From positions 1-9,977 of the forward strand of contig JAVYLC010000054.1 in assembly GCA_038741355.1 (NCBI GenBank): 9,977 nucleotides of DNA. Direction: 5' to 3'. The stretch's first letter is position 1; the number at the start of each line of letters is the position of its first letter. This DNA comes from Nitrososphaerota archaeon (lineage in GTDB: Archaea; Thermoproteota; Nitrososphaeria_A; Caldarchaeales; Calditenuaceae). The notes under the pieces were generated by a model. The model did not search any database and was not told the DNA's origin. It was given only the letters and a program-made list of their open reading frames with translations. This document shows positions 7,158 to 9,977 of this stretch, piece by piece. The position numbers were made by a program, and so were the translations under genes.

Positions 7158-8327
7158 ATGAAGCTAGTGAAGCTAAATACAAGGGATCTGTTTAACAACT
7201 CAATAATAGAACTACTCGAAGAGTATAGGCTTGAAGATACTAGAGCAAGATTAGAGGATTGGCTTCGCAAAATGGATATTATGTCTGACTCGCTAACCTA
7301 TATTATGTTTCGCCAAGCGATTAGGCTATGTAATTCTATTGTAACCCAAATCGAGAATAATGCGCCTTTAAAAGAAAAGGTTGAGAATATTCTCAGCACA
7401 GTTTCAGCAGAATTCAGTAGGAGTTTATCAGAGCTCTTAGCTAGGACTTATATTTCTCAGTTAGCGCAACGGCTACATACTTTCGGTGTGGGACGGGGTG
7501 AAGAGCAATTAAAACACTTATTGAGCTTGAAATCGGTTCTACAAAATACGCTAATAGAAGGGTACGCAAGGGAATATCGCAAACAAAATATGGGGAGTGC
7601 TGACTACCTAATTGGAAAATTAGACACACTAAAAGAGGATGAGACTGAATGGACGCTTTTCATGTTAAAGTCAATGGATAGTCATCATATAGAGACATTG
7701 GATACTCTCTTATACCTGTTTACGTCCTATCGATTCGATAAAACAAAATTCTTTGAGCAATACTCTAAAGCTAAAGGTGAGGAGGCTAAAGAAAAGGTTG
7801 TTGAAGAATTGGTTGAGGACGCCCGTAAAAGACAGGCTATTGAAGATGAAAAAATAGAGTGTGATCGTAGTGATTTAACGGGACTAATGAAAGAGACTAT
7901 AGACATGGCTTTTTCGTTGTATAGTCACAATCCAGCTACTGAGTTAAGTAATAAGTGGGGGAGACTCTGTGAAATTATGCTCTATGCTATTTTGTTTAAA
8001 AATGATGTACTGTTTAGTTTTAATGCTCTCCTTAATCCGAATGTAGTTGGGCAAGAAGGTATGATTAACGAGTTTGACTCTATAGTCTTGTCGGAGGATG
8101 GGGGATTAGTTTTTATCGAGGTTACAAATAGAAAAGAGTTAGGTGATAAACTCGGGAAATGCTTGACTCTCCTACAGAGGCTGCCTGAGATTGGAATAGT
8201 GGGGCTGGATGAGGGAGATGTAAAAGTCTGGATCATTCACTCTATGTATAATAAACATGATCGTCCTCCCCCCTCAAATGTGAGTATGATGTCGTTCCCC
8301 GAGTTAGCAAAGTTGTGTAGTTGCTAA
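7158..8327 (+). CDS. Uncharacterised type III-associated protein, 389 aa: helical N-terminal region (~aa 1-260) plus C-terminal PD-(D/E)xK-like (restriction-endonuclease fold) signature with a non-canonical E-V-T triad
   Basis: A long clean ORF with ATG 3 nt after the csm5-like stop, AT-rich and Lys-rich unlike the upstream genes. The C-terminus reads as helix WGRLCE272IMLYAILF, strand NEFD307SIVLSEDGG, strand LVFIE321VT323NRK326, helix ELGDKLGKCLTLLQRL, strand VKVWIIHS. NEFDSIVL..LVFIEVTNR resembles the GEIDLI..LVFVEVKTR pattern of YraN/Hjc-type nucleases. I saw no DxTHG-type CARF motif, no R-x4-6-H HEPN motif and no transmembrane segments. That it is a CDS is well supported; the function is an inference. 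Confidence 0.6.
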   Translation: MKLVKLNTRDLFNNSIIELLEEYRLEDTRARLEDWLRKMDIMSDSLTYIMFRQAIRLCNSIVTQIENNAPLKEKVENILSTVSAEFSRSLSELLARTYISQLAQRLHTFGVGRGEEQLKHLLSLKSVLQNTLIEGYAREYRKQNMGSADYLIGKLDTLKEDETEWTLFMLKSMDSHHIETLDTLLYLFTSYRFDKTKFFEQYSKAKGEEAKEKVVEELVEDARKRQAIEDEKIECDRSDLTGLMKETIDMAFSLYSHNPATELSNKWGRLCEIMLYAILFKNDVLFSFNALLNPNVVGQEGMINEFDSIVLSEDGGLVFIEVTNRKELGDKLGKCLTLLQRLPEIGIVGLDEGDVKVWIIHSMYNKHDRPPPSNVSMMSFPELAKLCSC

Positions 8328-8478
8328 ATGGGTTGGGTAGGAGAACTCAGGGAGTGCAGCTAAATAATGCGGCTCCTATATAGGCCCAGTCGTCGCCGTA
8401 GCTTCTCAAACGTCAATTTAGCTATCTTATATGTGGGGTTTGTGAATATTCTTCTGAGAGTGATTTGGGTTAGACCTG

Positions 8479-8498
8479 AAAATTTTGCCACTGGTTTT
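8479..8498. terminator. Weak candidate bidirectional oligo-T termination region between the convergent genes
   Basis: AAAATTTT (8479-8486) gives a T4 run on both strands, and GGTTTTGG (8493-8500) adds another T4 on the plus strand. Archaeal terminators are oligo-T tracts, but these are short and no better signal is visible in 8328-8516. Confidence 0.15.
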
Positions 8499-8516
8499 GG
8501 GACGGTTGTGTGTCTG

Positions 8517-9842
8517 CTATGAGTGTGGTTTACTTAACCACGACCTGATTTCGTTTATTTTTTCTTGGTTGTATTTTACGTATTTTTTGCCATTTTCCTC
8601 GATCTCCCTTATTGTATCTTTGGAGAGTCCTGCATGTGCGAAAAAGTTTCTCTTGATGTCGGATGGTCTCTCCCCCTTAATTTTTGAAATTTCGCTCTCG
8701 AGGATCAGTGAGTTTACTTGCATGTCGATGAGCTCGTATATATCTTTAAAAACTAAGAGTTTTTCGATGTCGACGCCCTTCTCGTGGATGGGGATGTTTA
8801 GTGTCTTGACTTTTCGCGCGATGAAAATGTAGAGGGTGAGTGATATGAATAGGTTGGCGAGTGACCTGAAGTCTATTTCGGTGACTTTGACGCGCCCCTC
8901 TGATACGGTTGGTTTGAGTATTTCTTTGAAGAGGCTGGAGAGTCTTTTCATCACTGCTGTGACCTTCTCCAGGTCAAGCTCGATTAATTCTTTGTTTAGG
9001 ATGGCTAAAGGGGCGTTGTATTTTACCGCGTTGAAGGCTAGGAGTGCTTCGCATAATAGTTTCTTTAACTCCCCCCTATCTCCGAAAAGGTCTGCTACCA
9101 TCTTTTTCTCCTCGGGGTCGAGCTTGATGTAGGCTGGTATGTTGGCGGCTTTGTCGAGTTCTGTATGATTGTAGGGGAAGCTCATGAATGCTTTTACATT
9201 GTAGTCGATTAGGAATATTTGGTAACTGTCCTTTTTGATTTCTCTGCTTACTGGCTCTGCTACGGCGTATTTGACCTGCGTTAACTTGTAGTTTTTCAGC
9301 CCTCCCAATATTTTGTCCAATACTGTGATTGCCCTTGCCGCGTCAAATAGTGGCGGGATGTAGGCGTTGTGGCCTGTCGATACATCTAGTATTAGTTTGA
9401 CCTTTTTCTGGTCGTCTTCTATCAGGTTTACGTCTTCTAGCATTTTGAAGAAGACGGTTGCGGCTATGGATTGGGGCGTTGCCTCGAATTGATAGTATTT
9501 CCCGCCCAACCTGTAGTTGCCTATTGCTGGGATGGGAGAGACACCTATCTTTACATCGCCTTCCCCATCAGTCTCCAGCTCCTCCATTATTTCCTGGGTG
9601 AAAGACTGTAGGTCTAAGGTGCCTTTCTCGCCCACTGGAGGTTCTCTGATGCTTAGTGGGATTAGAAATTCGACTCTTGCCTCCGCCCCCTTGGTTATAA
9701 AGTGTCTAGCTAGCGCTAGGGAGGAGAATTTTGCCACCTTTCTCGTCTCATTCTCAACCACGTATTGGACGCGCTCATAATTTAGGTTACCCACTATCTG
9801 ATAGATAAGAGCTACTGATTCTTGACTTGTGGAACCGCTCAC
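8517..9842 (-). CDS. csx1: Csx1-family CARF-HEPN ribonuclease (cyclic-oligoadenylate-activated type III ancillary effector), 441 aa
   Basis: The N-terminal CARF-like domain has LILDVSTGHNAYIPP (nt 9386-9366), a variant of the Csx1 DxTHGxN signature. The C-terminal HEPN motif is R398-N-F-F-A-H403-A-G (nt 8651-8634), the canonical Csx1/Csm6 R-N-x-x-A-H. GTG start at 9842, with no in-frame ATG near the N-terminus. The gene is convergent with the effector operon. Confidence 0.88.
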   Translation of the reverse strand: MSGSTSQESVALIYQIVGNLNYERVQYVVENETRKVAKFSSLALARHFITKGAEARVEFLIPLSIREPPVGEKGTLDLQSFTQEIMEELETDGEGDVKIGVSPIPAIGNYRLGGKYYQFEATPQSIAATVFFKMLEDVNLIEDDQKKVKLILDVSTGHNAYIPPLFDAARAITVLDKILGGLKNYKLTQVKYAVAEPVSREIKKDSYQIFLIDYNVKAFMSFPYNHTELDKAANIPAYIKLDPEEKKMVADLFGDRGELKKLLCEALLAFNAVKYNAPLAILNKELIELDLEKVTAVMKRLSSLFKEILKPTVSEGRVKVTEIDFRSLANLFISLTLYIFIARKVKTLNIPIHEKGVDIEKLLVFKDIYELIDMQVNSLILESEISKIKGERPSDIKRNFFAHAGLSKDTIREIEENGKKYVKYNQEKINEIRSWLSKPHS

Positions 9843-9865
9843 CGCTACTCTAACCGGTTTAGGAC

Positions 9866-9890
9866 AAACTTAAACATTCTCTAAAAGCTG
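9866..9890 (-). promoter_or_regulatory. Candidate archaeal TATA-box region for csx1
   Basis: The minus strand reads ..CAGCTTTTAGAGAATGTTTAAGTTTGTCCTAAACCGGTTAGAGTAGCG-GTG. TTTAAG (9874-9869) is centred ~29 nt upstream of the GTG, which fits a leaderless transcript. TTTTAG (9886-9881) is an alternative ~40 nt upstream. This rests on motif and spacing only. Confidence 0.25.
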
Positions 9891-9977
9891 TCGAGCATTC
9901 TTAAGGATCATAACCAATAGCTGGCAGGAATCAACCATCCCCTACCGACACCCCCACAGTTTAATCTAATGCACCAA

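Noticed and set aside
5392-7629. Minus-strand ORFs 4929-5132, 5392-5691, 6209-6442, 6267-6512, 6770-7081, 7441-7629 and 7982-8236.
   Set aside because: They are antisense to motif-bearing RAMP genes or to the long 389-aa ORF, and have no independent start context or motifs.
7158-7940. The idea that the helical N-terminal ~260 aa of the 389-aa ORF is the missing Cas11 small subunit.
   Set aside because: It is about twice the size of Csm2/Cmr5, its composition differs from that of the effector genes, and I cannot point to any Cas11 sequence motif. This is pure speculation without a profile or structure comparison.
8375-8384. A perfect 10-bp palindrome CCTATATAGG with a TATA-like core in the convergent intergenic region.
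   Set aside because: A 10-bp palindrome is expected by chance at roughly 0.2 per 190 nt. No gene lies downstream of it on either strand, so there is no support for a promoter or operator.
8328-8516. Possible CRISPR array, repeat unit or small RNA in the 189-nt convergent intergenic region, and anywhere else in the window.
   Set aside because: I could find no unit of ~24-40 nt recurring at regular spacing, here or elsewhere. The region is too short for even two repeat-spacer units, and no tRNA-like structure is evident.
8485-9780. Plus-strand ORFs 8485-8832 (115 aa), 8836-9132 (98 aa) and 9517-9780 (87 aa).
   Set aside because: They are antisense to csx1, whose CARF and HEPN motifs fix the true frame and strand. 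Their products are Ser/Leu/Phe-rich low-complexity strings.

Overview
Most of the window is one tightly packed plus-strand operon encoding a type III (Csm-like, III-A/III-D style) CRISPR-Cas interference complex. The gene order is two Cas7-group RAMP genes, cas10 (868 aa), a short Csm3-like Cas7, a Cas5-group RAMP (Csm4/Csx10-like) and a Csm5-like Cas7. cas10 carries HD, a CxxC..CxxC zinc finger and an intact GGDD palm. Gene junctions overlap or are 1-3 nt apart. Heavy AGG/AGA Arg and ATA Ile codon use, Arg-rich proteins and roughly high-50s % GC suggest a hyperthermophilic archaeon (crenarchaeote-like), but the organism cannot be named. At nt ~7155 the composition changes abruptly to AT-rich, Lys-rich coding. 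This low-GC block holds two genes. The first is an uncharacterised 389-aa ORF starting 3 nt after the last RAMP gene; it has a helical N-terminal region and a C-terminal PD-(D/E)xK-like nuclease signature in which the Lys is replaced. The second is a convergent minus-strand csx1 (CARF + HEPN, RNFFAH motif). I see no CRISPR array, cas6, cas1/cas2, Cas11 small-subunit gene, ring nuclease, tRNA/rRNA or transposase. The best candidate for something undescribed is the 389-aa ORF and its foreign-looking cassette grafted onto the effector operon. Second is an unusual Cas10 N-terminus, where the HD motifs appear in non-permuted order behind a His-free ~135-aa extension. All family calls come from motifs read by eye and none is confirmed by a search.
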